Below are positions 9,246 through 16,658 of a stretch of DNA of 32,000 bases, one piece after another. Below the pieces are notes generated by a model. That model did no database searches, was not told the DNA's origin, and was given only the letters and a program-made list of their open reading frames with translations. The translations under genes and the position numbers were made by a program. The DNA is taken from contig NZ_JAGIOS010000002.1 of NCBI RefSeq assembly GCF_017876815.1, positions 540,001 through 572,000 of the forward strand, in the 5' to 3' direction. Position 1 is the stretch's first letter. Every line of letters begins with the position of its first letter. The stretch comes from Sinorhizobium meliloti (GTDB lineage: Bacteria; Pseudomonadota; Alphaproteobacteria; Rhizobiales; Rhizobiaceae).

Positions 9246-9412
9246 TTCCCATCGACTGCGTCAGAATAGGCCTCGCTCATACAATCGCGAATGATCCACG
9301 GCAAGACATGCAACCAAAAATCCGTCGGCAGCCGGCTCCGGATCTCTCGCACGCGTGCCTTGCCGCCGCTGCAGTCAACGATTAAATTGCCATCAATGAA
9401 GAAGGAAGCCGC

Positions 9413-9662
9413 ATGGCGAGCATGACGATCCGCAACCTCGATGACGGGCTTAAAAAGCGTCTGCGCATTCGTGCCGCCGCGCATGGGCGTTCAATGGAGG
9501 ACGAAGCGCGGGACATCCTTCGCGCCGCGCTTTCGACCGGCGAAAACCGCCCGGCCAATCTCGCGGCAGCAATCCGCTCCCGCATCGTGCCGCTCGGAGG
9601 CGTTGAGCTTGAGCTACCCCCCCCGCGAGGCCATGCGCGGCCTACCGGATTTCTCCGGGTGA
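9413..9662 (+). pseudogene. vapB: RHH-type antitoxin (VapB/FitA/StbC-like), frameshifted in a C8 tract
   Basis: The N-terminus MASMTIRNLDDGLKKRLRIRAAAHGRSMEDEARDILR is a ribbon-helix-helix antitoxin. The expected C-terminus REAMRGLPDFSG* lies in another frame (the ORF 9441..9662) after the C8 run at 9617-9624. As sequenced, the start frame reads on into the toxin. Confidence 0.7.
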
Positions 9663-10086
9663 TCATTCTCGACACCAATGTTCTGTCGGAGCTGCTGGCC
9701 CCGGCGCCCTCCGTCGCGGTAGAGACCTGGCTTGCCGAGCAACAAACGGCGGCTGTATTTGCCACGACGGTAACGGGAAGCTGAGCTTTTCTACGGCTTG
9801 CGGCTCATGCCCGACGGACGCCGACGGCAAGAGCTCGAGGCAGCGATTGTCCCGATCTTTCGTGAGGATCTTGCCGGGCGTATTCTACCGTTCGACAGCG
9901 AGGCGGCGGACGCTTTCGGTTGCATAGCCGCCCGGCGGCGTAAACTCGGTCGCCCGATCAGCCAGTTCGACGCACAAATTGCCGCGATCGCCTGGTCTCG
10001 CGGTGCCTCCGTGGCTTACCCGCAATGTCGCGGATTTCGCTGACACCGGTGTAACTATCATCAATCCCTGGGATCATCGGCCGTGA
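9659..10086 (+). pseudogene. vapC: PIN-domain toxin (VapC/FitB-like) with two frameshifts
   Basis: The GTG at 9659 overlaps the antitoxin TGA (GTGA) and gives IILDTNVLSELL (PIN motif). The reading frame breaks at about 9775 (an extra G, so TVTGS* replaces TVTEAELFYGLRLMPDGRR) and at about 10016 (an extra T, so ASVAYPQ.. replaces ASVATRNVADFADTGVTIINPW). The restored stop would be at 10084-10086. Confidence 0.75.
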
Positions 10087-10102
10087 CGTTTGTAAGCCCC
10101 AG

Positions 10103-11251
10103 CTAAAAATCCGTCAGCAGCCGGCTCCAGGTCTCGGAGGCGAGGCCGCCGATATAGATGTCGTTGCGCTCTGCCGCTTCCTTGAGGTCCGCATGGCGGG
10201 TCACCATGCAGAAGTAGCCGCGGTGCCGGAATGACAGCCATCGCTGGCGCGAGATAGCGTTCATCAGGAATGGCTGTGCCATGCCGACCGCCACGGCATA
10301 GCCTTCCGCATCGAGCCGCGCGAACATCGCAGCGGCGACGTCGCGTTCGCGCCCCTCTTCGCAGACGAGATTGAGCACCGTGGCCACGGCACCTTGCTTG
10401 CCGAAAAAAAGAAAGGCGCCGATCGTGCGGCCGTCCGCGAGAACGACTTTCCTGCATTGGAGCGTCCCGAGGCTCCGGTTCATCGAAGCGACGCACACGA
10501 GCCAATCGAATTCGGCTCGCGACCAGGTCGGGCGGATCGCAAAGCGTTCCAGCATCGGGCTCGCGCATTGGAGGAACCCCTCGACGCCCGCTGCCTCGAT
10601 CCTGCATTCGCCCTCCGCCTTCGGCCGCATGGAGGGCCGCAACCGGCGCAGTGCACGGTCAACCAGCCTGAGAACGCCGACGACAACGCGCGAGCGCGCT
10701 ATCGGGAAGTGACTGGCCGCAAGGAAAGCCGCGGCGGTCAAGGGCAGAAACGAACGCTGCCATTCGAGGCTCTGGATCGGCAGGACGATGCCACCTCCCG
10801 CAACCCAATGGTCGGCGCTGACCGGCGACGCATTGTCGGAGAAGCACATGTCCTGGCGAGACGCCCGCATGGTGCGCGCAAGACGCGCCGCTCCAACGGC
10901 CCCTGCTTTACCATCCGCCATGAAGGCACAGAGAAGACGGGCCATGGTCGGGCGGCCATTGACCATGAACGCCATCGGTACCGCGAGTATTGCGCTGTCT
11001 ATGCCGGTCGCACCGTTTTCGTGCACGACGCTGCCGAGTTCGGGAGAATAGTGGGGGCTGCCGAAGAAGACGGTCTCGAGATAACGTCCAAGGTCATTCT
11101 CGGGCGCGTGGTCCTGCCTTCGGAAAATCCTGTTGAACAGCCGTCCGACCGCCGGAATGTCGCCGGGCGCCATGGCGCGTGTACCGCGGCGGTGCCCTGC
11201 ACCGACCGGCACACTCTCGGATACGCGAATTTCATCCGCCTCCATCGTCAT
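10103..11251 (-). CDS. Two-domain GNAT-like acyltransferase, unknown specificity (paralog A)
   Basis: This is the 3' part of the ORF 10103..12334. The ATG at 11251 overlaps the wzx stop (ATGA). It is homologous along its whole length to the product of 13506..14627 (GDIPAVGRLFNRIF vs EDIPAVARLFQKVF; SLEWQR vs SLDWIR; GGLASETWSRL vs NGLAGEHWSRL). Confidence 0.75.
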   Translation of the reverse strand: MTMEADEIRVSESVPVGAGHRRGTRAMAPGDIPAVGRLFNRIFRRQDHAPENDLGRYLETVFFGSPHYSPELGSVVHENGATGIDSAILAVPMAFMVNGRPTMARLLCAFMADGKAGAVGAARLARTMRASRQDMCFSDNASPVSADHWVAGGGIVLPIQSLEWQRSFLPLTAAAFLAASHFPIARSRVVVGVLRLVDRALRRLRPSMRPKAEGECRIEAAGVEGFLQCASPMLERFAIRPTWSRAEFDWLVCVASMNRSLGTLQCRKVVLADGRTIGAFLFFGKQGAVATVLNLVCEEGRERDVAAAMFARLDAEGYAVAVGMAQPFLMNAISRQRWLSFRHRGYFCMVTRHADLKEAAERNDIYIGGLASETWSRLLTDF

Positions 11252-12558
11252 ATGGCGCCCGCTCCAAAGGTGAGCGCAGCCTGGCGGCGGTCGCGCCGCA
11301 CGAAGTGCAGGAGCACGCTCCAAGAGGCGACCACCATCGCGATTTCGATTGCGTAGAAGGACAGGAAAGTTCCCATCGGCGGGGCGTACCAGCTTGCCCA
11401 TACGGCAAGGCCGGCGCCGGCGATGCTGCCGAGCCCCATGACGGTCGCGCGGGCGGCGTGTGCGCCGGAGGCACCAAGTGCCTCGACCGCGACCGACCAC
11501 ATCGCGAGCGGCACCACGACCCAGCATAGGATTCTGACGAAGCCGACCAACGAGAGATAGTCCTTGCCGAAAAGGTACGGCAGGACCGGTGCCAGAACGA
11601 AGACCGTGACGGCCGCAGCGAGGCTGATGACCGTGGCGGCAGCGAGCACCCGGCGTACGCGCTGCAGCGCCTGGTGAAGTCCCGCCGCCGTTGCCCTCGC
11701 CGAACCCGGGTAGATAAGCCGGTTTAGCGCTTCCACTGAAAGATAGCTGCTCTCCAGCATGCGGCGGGCGACACTGTAGCTCGCGACGACCTCGGCGGTG
11801 GTGACGAGGCTCAGGACAAGCAGGTCGGCATTCTGGCGGAGCGCGCGCAGGATGAATGGTATGCTGAAGTAAAGGCCTTGCGGGATTTCCTCCCGCACGA
11901 TGCGGTAGCGCGGCGTACCAAGTCCCCGGATTGCCCGCATACACAAGAGCGCCACGAGGACATGGCACAGAAACTGCCACACCGCCCAGTATGCGACGCT
12001 GGTGACGCCGAAGGCGATGCAGGCGAGTGCCGCCGCAACCGTCCTCGCGGCCGCAAAACCGACGACGACCTTGTTCGCGGAGGCAAAATCCGTATGAGCG
12101 ATATAGATCTGCTCGGTGAGCACGATGACCCGGACCAGCAGGATATTGGTGACGAGCATCAGCGTGATCACGGCGACATTCGTCACGGGGTCCGGCGAAA
12201 GGGTGAAGAAGAACGGCAGGACCACCGCTCCCAACAGGACCAGAGCTGCCCCGCTCGCCGCCGTCAGGATGACATTGTGTCCGAGCATCTGCGGATAGAT
12301 CGCGCGGTCGCGCGCGACCCGGCGCACCAGGCATTCCATCGCCCCGAGCCCACAGAGATGGACGGCTATGTTGGCGACTGCAGTAATTGCGACGAAAACG
12401 CTGAACTCGTGGACGCCGAGCCAGCGTGCAAGGATGGCAAAGGTAAGGAGTTGCGCCGCCGAACCGAGAACCAGACTGCCGCCAGAGGCGAGATAGGACA
12501 CGACCATCGGCAGGAATGGTCTGTCGCCGCGCTGTTCCGTCACACCTTCCGGGGCCAT
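11248..12558 (-). CDS. Wzx-type oligosaccharide flippase (MOP superfamily polysaccharide biosynthesis protein)
   Basis: It is polytopic (about 12 transmembrane helices). The N-terminal block GSAAQLLTFAILARWLGVHEFSVF is typical of Wzx. My preferred start is the ATG at 12558; the maximal ORF start is 12633. Confidence 0.8.
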   Translation of the reverse strand: MAPEGVTEQRGDRPFLPMVVSYLASGGSLVLGSAAQLLTFAILARWLGVHEFSVFVAITAVANIAVHLCGLGAMECLVRRVARDRAIYPQMLGHNVILTAASGAALVLLGAVVLPFFFTLSPDPVTNVAVITLMLVTNILLVRVIVLTEQIYIAHTDFASANKVVVGFAAARTVAAALACIAFGVTSVAYWAVWQFLCHVLVALLCMRAIRGLGTPRYRIVREEIPQGLYFSIPFILRALRQNADLLVLSLVTTAEVVASYSVARRMLESSYLSVEALNRLIYPGSARATAAGLHQALQRVRRVLAAATVISLAAAVTVFVLAPVLPYLFGKDYLSLVGFVRILCWVVVPLAMWSVAVEALGASGAHAARATVMGLGSIAGAGLAVWASWYAPPMGTFLSFYAIEIAMVVASWSVLLHFVRRDRRQAALTFGAGAI

Positions 12559-12774
12559 CCGTTCTGCCTTGACAATCCGACTAAGGGTCGGCACCGGGCT
12601 GCGACCTGCACCCTCGCCGATTGAGGCGCACACTAGCGAGGATAAGTGATTGGCCGGTTAACATAAGCTTTGTGACGCCATGTGTTATCGGACGCCCTCC
12701 ATTTCAGCTTCCGTTTACCTGCACGCGCTAGTGTGCGCCGGACGACATCCAATCCGATAACCGAAGGAGCCTTC

Positions 12775-13509
12775 GTGCTGCAGGGCGACAATCATCTTGA
12801 CGGCCGGACCGAGGGTCGCTCGCCGCGGCTCGTACGATTCATGGGCGTCGACCTCGAACTCGCACCGGACGTGCTCGTGCCGAGGGAGGAGACGGAACTC
12901 CTTGGGCGGAACGCCGCAGCGATCCTGACCGAGCGCGCCGGACCGGCGACCGTGATCGACATGTGCTGCGGATCCGGAAATCTCGCTCTGGGGATCGCCG
13001 AGGAGGTACCGCTTGCGCGTGTCTGGGGTGCCGACCTCACCGACAGCACGGTCGCGCTTGCGCGGCGCAACGTCGATCGCCTTTCGCTTGGCGACCGCGT
13101 CGTCATCCGGCAGGGCGACCTGTTCGCCGCCCTCGCCGGAGAAGACCTCGAGGGCGCCGTCGACATGATCGTCTGCAACCCGCCCTATATCTCGACATCC
13201 CGCCTCGAAGGCGACAGCGCGCATCTTCTCGCGAGCGAGCCGCGGGAGGCGTTCGATGGCGGCCCCTACGGCATATCCATCCATCAGCGGCTGATCCGCG
13301 AGGCCGTCGCCTTCCTCAAGCCGGGCGGCTGGCTCCTCTTCGAGTTCGGAGAGGGACAGGATCGCCAAGCCACGGCGCTTCTCGCCCGAACGAAGGCCTA
13401 TGAGGCAGTGACATTCGCGGAGGACTCGGCCGGAAAGCCGCGGGTCGCACTCGCGCGCAGGCTGGGAGGTGCAGCGGCAACCGCCGCGGCTGACGGGGCA
13501 AGCAGATGA
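12775..13509 (+). CDS. HemK/PrmC-like NPPY SAM-dependent methyltransferase lacking the N-terminal helical domain
   Basis: Motif I reads VIDMCCGSGNLALG and motif IV reads VCNPPYI. The blocks LVPREETELL and EPREAFDGGPYG are typical of PrmC. The GTG at 12775 is preceded by AAGGAG with a 5-nt spacer. The maximal ORF starts at 12682. Confidence 0.8.
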   Translation: MLQGDNHLDGRTEGRSPRLVRFMGVDLELAPDVLVPREETELLGRNAAAILTERAGPATVIDMCCGSGNLALGIAEEVPLARVWGADLTDSTVALARRNVDRLSLGDRVVIRQGDLFAALAGEDLEGAVDMIVCNPPYISTSRLEGDSAHLLASEPREAFDGGPYGISIHQRLIREAVAFLKPGGWLLFEFGEGQDRQATALLARTKAYEAVTFAEDSAGKPRVALARRLGGAAATAAADGASR

Positions 13510-14627
13510 GCGACATCCGTTCGCTCGCAGTCGAGGATATCCCGGCTGTCGCGCGGCTCTTCCAGAAGGTTTTCCGCAACAGCGCGGAGGAGCCGCCGCC
13601 TGCGTTCATCGAATATCTTCGGCAGCTCTATATCGATGCCCCGGGCAACGACCCGGAAATCCGCCCGCTCGTGTACAGCAACGATGACGGCCGGATTTCC
13701 GGCTTCGTCGGAGCGAACACTCTGGCCATGACGTATCGCGGCAGGCCATTGCGCGCCGCGATCTGCGGCTCGCTGATGGTCGAAGGCCACGAAAGCGATC
13801 CGATGGCCGGCGCGCGGCTGCTGAAAGCGTTCCTTGCAGGACCGCAGGACCTTTCCTTCAGCGAAACGGCGAGCGAAGTTTCGACGCAGATGTGGACGAA
13901 GCTGCGTGGCGTCGTGCTTCCGCAATACAGCCTCGACTGGATACGCGTCATCCGGCCCGCATCCTTCGGCCTCGATCTCGTCGCGAGCCGGTTCGGCCCC
14001 GCTCGCGCACTCGGCCCGCTGGCTCATGCGTTCGACCGCCGTCATCGCGGCAAGTTGCGACGCGGCGAGTTGCGCTGGTCGGGCGTGCCCGACGCCGCCA
14101 CCACACAGGGCCCGCTGCAGGTCGCCGACATCGACCGGCATGGCTTTGCCGAGCTCTTCGCACCCTTGACCCGGCAGTTTGCCGTGCAGCCGGCCTGGGC
14201 CGAGGGCCAGCTGGACCATATCCTCGAAGACGCGGAGAAGAAGCCGGAATTCGGCGCGCCGGTGCTTGCGGCCGTGAGGACGCGAAGTGGTGCTCCCGTC
14301 GGAGCGTTTTTCTACCACCTGCAGCCCGGCGGAACTGCCAGGGTTCTCCAGGTCCTCGCCCTGCCGGGACAGGCCGGTTCGATCCTCGACTGCCTGATAG
14401 AGCACGCGGCCGCGCGCCGCGCCGCTGCGGTTCGCGGTCGAACCCAGCCGGCGCTGCTTGAGGCCATGATGGGCCGCCGTATCGGCTTCGTCCATGCCGC
14501 CTCGACCGTCGTCCATTCCCGCGAGGAGGAACTCGTCGACGCCTTCCGTCATGCACAGGGTTTCATCAACGGGCTGGCGGGGGAACACTGGAGCCGGCTG
14601 ATCGGCGGGACTTTCAACCGGATCTAG
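13506..14627 (+). CDS. Two-domain GNAT-like acyltransferase, unknown specificity (paralog B)
   Basis: It is a 373-aa ORF. Its ATG overlaps the methyltransferase stop (ATGA at 13506-13509). It is a paralog of the product of 10103..11251. Confidence 0.75.
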   Translation: MSDIRSLAVEDIPAVARLFQKVFRNSAEEPPPAFIEYLRQLYIDAPGNDPEIRPLVYSNDDGRISGFVGANTLAMTYRGRPLRAAICGSLMVEGHESDPMAGARLLKAFLAGPQDLSFSETASEVSTQMWTKLRGVVLPQYSLDWIRVIRPASFGLDLVASRFGPARALGPLAHAFDRRHRGKLRRGELRWSGVPDAATTQGPLQVADIDRHGFAELFAPLTRQFAVQPAWAEGQLDHILEDAEKKPEFGAPVLAAVRTRSGAPVGAFFYHLQPGGTARVLQVLALPGQAGSILDCLIEHAAARRAAAVRGRTQPALLEAMMGRRIGFVHAASTVVHSREEELVDAFRHAQGFINGLAGEHWSRLIGGTFNRI

Positions 14628-14686
14628 AGCGCTTCCAGAAATGTGCATAGCGGTCTTGCGCCCGGGAATGCGTCGTTCGAAATGCA

Positions 14687-14707
14687 CTAGATCACGATGA
14701 TTTTAGG
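14687..14707. repeat. Short intergenic repeat (ctagatcacgatg..tttagg family), inverted copy
   Basis: Its reverse complement cctaaaatcatcgtgatctag matches cctaagagcatcgtgatctag at 15805-15825 and cccaaaagcatcgtgatctgg at 31706-31726. Confidence 0.65.
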
Positions 14708-14810
14708 CCGGCTCGACAGTCATCGACGTGATCGATTCTGGCGTTGCGCGTATGTAAGCCATCTTGCCGACAGCACCGCCCGCGGAAACGTATCGGAGGA
14801 CTGCAATCTC

Positions 14811-14839
14811 TCCTCCTGTGCTTGTCACAGGAATGAGGA
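14811..14839. repeat. Half copy of the cctgtgcttgtcacagg palindromic repeat
   Basis: The sequence tcctcctgtgcttgtcacaggaatgagga matches both arms of the element at 2943-3058. It forms a small hairpin on its own (cctgtg/cacagg). Confidence 0.7.
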
Positions 14840-14880
14840 AATCAAGCAAACCGCGGCGGCTATCCGAATATCAACAGTCT

Positions 14881-15612
14881 CTAGACTTGAAGCTGCTCGG
14901 CAAGCGGCTTTTGATAGACGACGATCGGGGCGTGGTAGGGTACACGCTTGTAGAGATCGATGACGTCCTGGTTCACCAGCCGAACGCACCCCGACGAGAC
15001 TGCCTTGCCGATCGACTTCCATTCCGGCGTGCCGTGCAGACGGTACAGCGTGTCCTGCCCGTTCTGGAAGATGTACAGCGCGCGGGCACCCAAGGGATTG
15101 TCGATGCCGGGGGCCATGCCTCCATTCGCGACGGAGTATTTTTCGAGTTCCGGCCGGCGGGCGATCATATCGGCCGGAGGCTTCCACCGAGGCCAGGGCT
15201 GGCGCCAGTGTATGATCCCTTCGCCCTGCCAGGCGAAGCCCTCGCGCCCAATGCCGACGCCGTAGCGCATCGCCGTTCCGCCAGGCTCGATGAGGTAAAG
15301 GAACCGCCCGGGCGTGTCTACGACCACCGTCCCCGCCGGTTCGCCGGTAGGGTCCGGCACCCGCTGGCGAAAGTATTTCGGATCCATCTCCCTATAGGGG
15401 ACTGCCGGAATAAAATGTCCGCCATCTTCGACGGCAGCATATCTGGCTTCCAGTTCGGCATCGCTCGCCAGCCCGATCGGGCGGCTCACCAGACGCGGCA
15501 CGGGAGCGCGCTCCGCCTGCGGCGCAGAGGTCGAGCACCCCGCGACGGCTGCTGTTGCGGAGATCGCTCCCAGAAGAAGCGTGCGTCTTTGTAATTGGAT
15601 TTTGCTAAACAT
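14881..15612 (-). CDS. L,D-transpeptidase (YkuD/ErfK family), probable lipoprotein
   Basis: The catalytic block is LHGTPEWKSIGKAVSSGCVRLVNQD. The start at the ATG at 15612 gives MFSKIQLQRRTLLLGAISATAAVAGCS (signal peptide plus lipobox). The maximal ORF runs to 15693. Confidence 0.9.
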   Translation of the reverse strand: MFSKIQLQRRTLLLGAISATAAVAGCSTSAPQAERAPVPRLVSRPIGLASDAELEARYAAVEDGGHFIPAVPYREMDPKYFRQRVPDPTGEPAGTVVVDTPGRFLYLIEPGGTAMRYGVGIGREGFAWQGEGIIHWRQPWPRWKPPADMIARRPELEKYSVANGGMAPGIDNPLGARALYIFQNGQDTLYRLHGTPEWKSIGKAVSSGCVRLVNQDVIDLYKRVPYHAPIVVYQKPLAEQLQV

Positions 15613-15792
15613 CTCAAGCGAGTACGAAGAGGGAAACGGGGATCGCGTGTAGACGTGTAGCCGACTCGCGTGGATTGCCAAACTCACGGCCAATCACATA
15701 TTCGATATCTGCAACCCCGCGCGGAGGGGTCGTCGGAGATTTAGACGTGACGAAGTCGGTGGCCTGCCCAACTGGAGCGGGCTGAGGAGAAG

Positions 15793-15826
15793 AGGTCGAC
15801 TCGACCTAAGAGCATCGTGATCTAGG
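15793..15826. repeat. Palindrome plus cctaagagcatcgtgatctagg repeat copy
   Basis: The palindrome aggtcgactcgacct is followed by cctaagagcatcgtgatctagg. The same architecture occurs at 31692-31726. The repeat contains the TAG stop of the EAL gene (15822-15824). Confidence 0.65.
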
Positions 15827-16637
15827 AATGCAGCTGCCGCGATCCCGCAGATCTCGGTTTGGCTGCCGGCAGCGGCGCCGGCTGGCCACAATAGACGGGG
15901 TACAGCGTCGGCTCGGACAGAAGGAAGCCCTGCACATGCGTTGCGCCGGCCTTTTTGACGGCTTCGAGCTGTCCGTAGGTCTCGATGCCCTCGATGATCA
16001 CCGTCGGCGCGACGCATGAAGCGAGCCCTACCAAATGATGGAGGAACCCCTTGCCCTTGCCCACACCCTGGCCGCGGCCGATGAAGAATGCGTCCAGTTT
16101 CACGATGTCGACGGGAACGGACAACAGCGATTCCGGCGTCGAGTGACCCGTTCCGAAACTGTCCAAGGCGATTCTGTAGCCCAGTGCGCGTGCGCCTTCG
16201 ATGAACTCCGCCGCCGTCGGCAGAGTGGCCAGCGGCAGGCACTCCGTTATTTCGAGAACAAGGCGCGAGGCCATTTCCCGATTTCGCGAAAGCAGGTCGT
16301 AAAGTTCCGACCAGGTGTTCTCGTCGAAAATATTGCCGGCCGAGATATCGCAACCCAACACGCCCGACGGATTGCAGTCGAGCCACTCGAATGCGAGACC
16401 GACCATGTATCGATCGAATAACGCAACACGTCCCGACGCTTCGAGAAAAGCAGTGAATTCCTCGCTCGTCCTGACCGCTCCGTCACGTTCTACGAGTCTG
16501 CCGAGGCACTCCGAATAGAGCACCTCGCCCGTATCGTCGACCGCATTGACCTGCTGCAGGGAAAAGCCTATCCGCCCCTCCCGCATCGCTTGGGTCACGG
16601 CGCCGGCGACACGGTCGAATCTTCTCAGATGTTCCAT
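15822..16637 (-). CDS. Stand-alone EAL-domain protein (c-di-GMP phosphodiesterase or receptor)
   Basis: It shows ECLGR (an EAL motif variant), LVLEITE, ALDSFGTGHS, VKLD, IEGIET and VQGFLLSEP. I saw no GGDEF or sensor domain. Confidence 0.88.
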   Translation of the reverse strand: MEHLRRFDRVAGAVTQAMREGRIGFSLQQVNAVDDTGEVLYSECLGRLVERDGAVRTSEEFTAFLEASGRVALFDRYMVGLAFEWLDCNPSGVLGCDISAGNIFDENTWSELYDLLSRNREMASRLVLEITECLPLATLPTAAEFIEGARALGYRIALDSFGTGHSTPESLLSVPVDIVKLDAFFIGRGQGVGKGKGFLHHLVGLASCVAPTVIIEGIETYGQLEAVKKAGATHVQGFLLSEPTLYPVYCGQPAPLPAAKPRSAGSRQLHS

Positions 16638-16658
16638 CCGGCGACGCGCCTCGTTCGG

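Noticed and set aside
11252-12334. The N-terminal 360 aa of the 743-aa ORF 10103..12334.
   Set aside because: This part overlaps the Wzx gene in another frame and is Pro/Arg/Gly-rich nonsense. The real gene starts at the ATG at 11251, which overlaps the wzx stop.
13398-14687. A 429-aa minus-strand ORF.
   Set aside because: It is antisense to GNAT-like paralog B, whose reality is supported by its in-window paralog and ATGA coupling. The 5' end of the ORF runs into an intergenic repeat.
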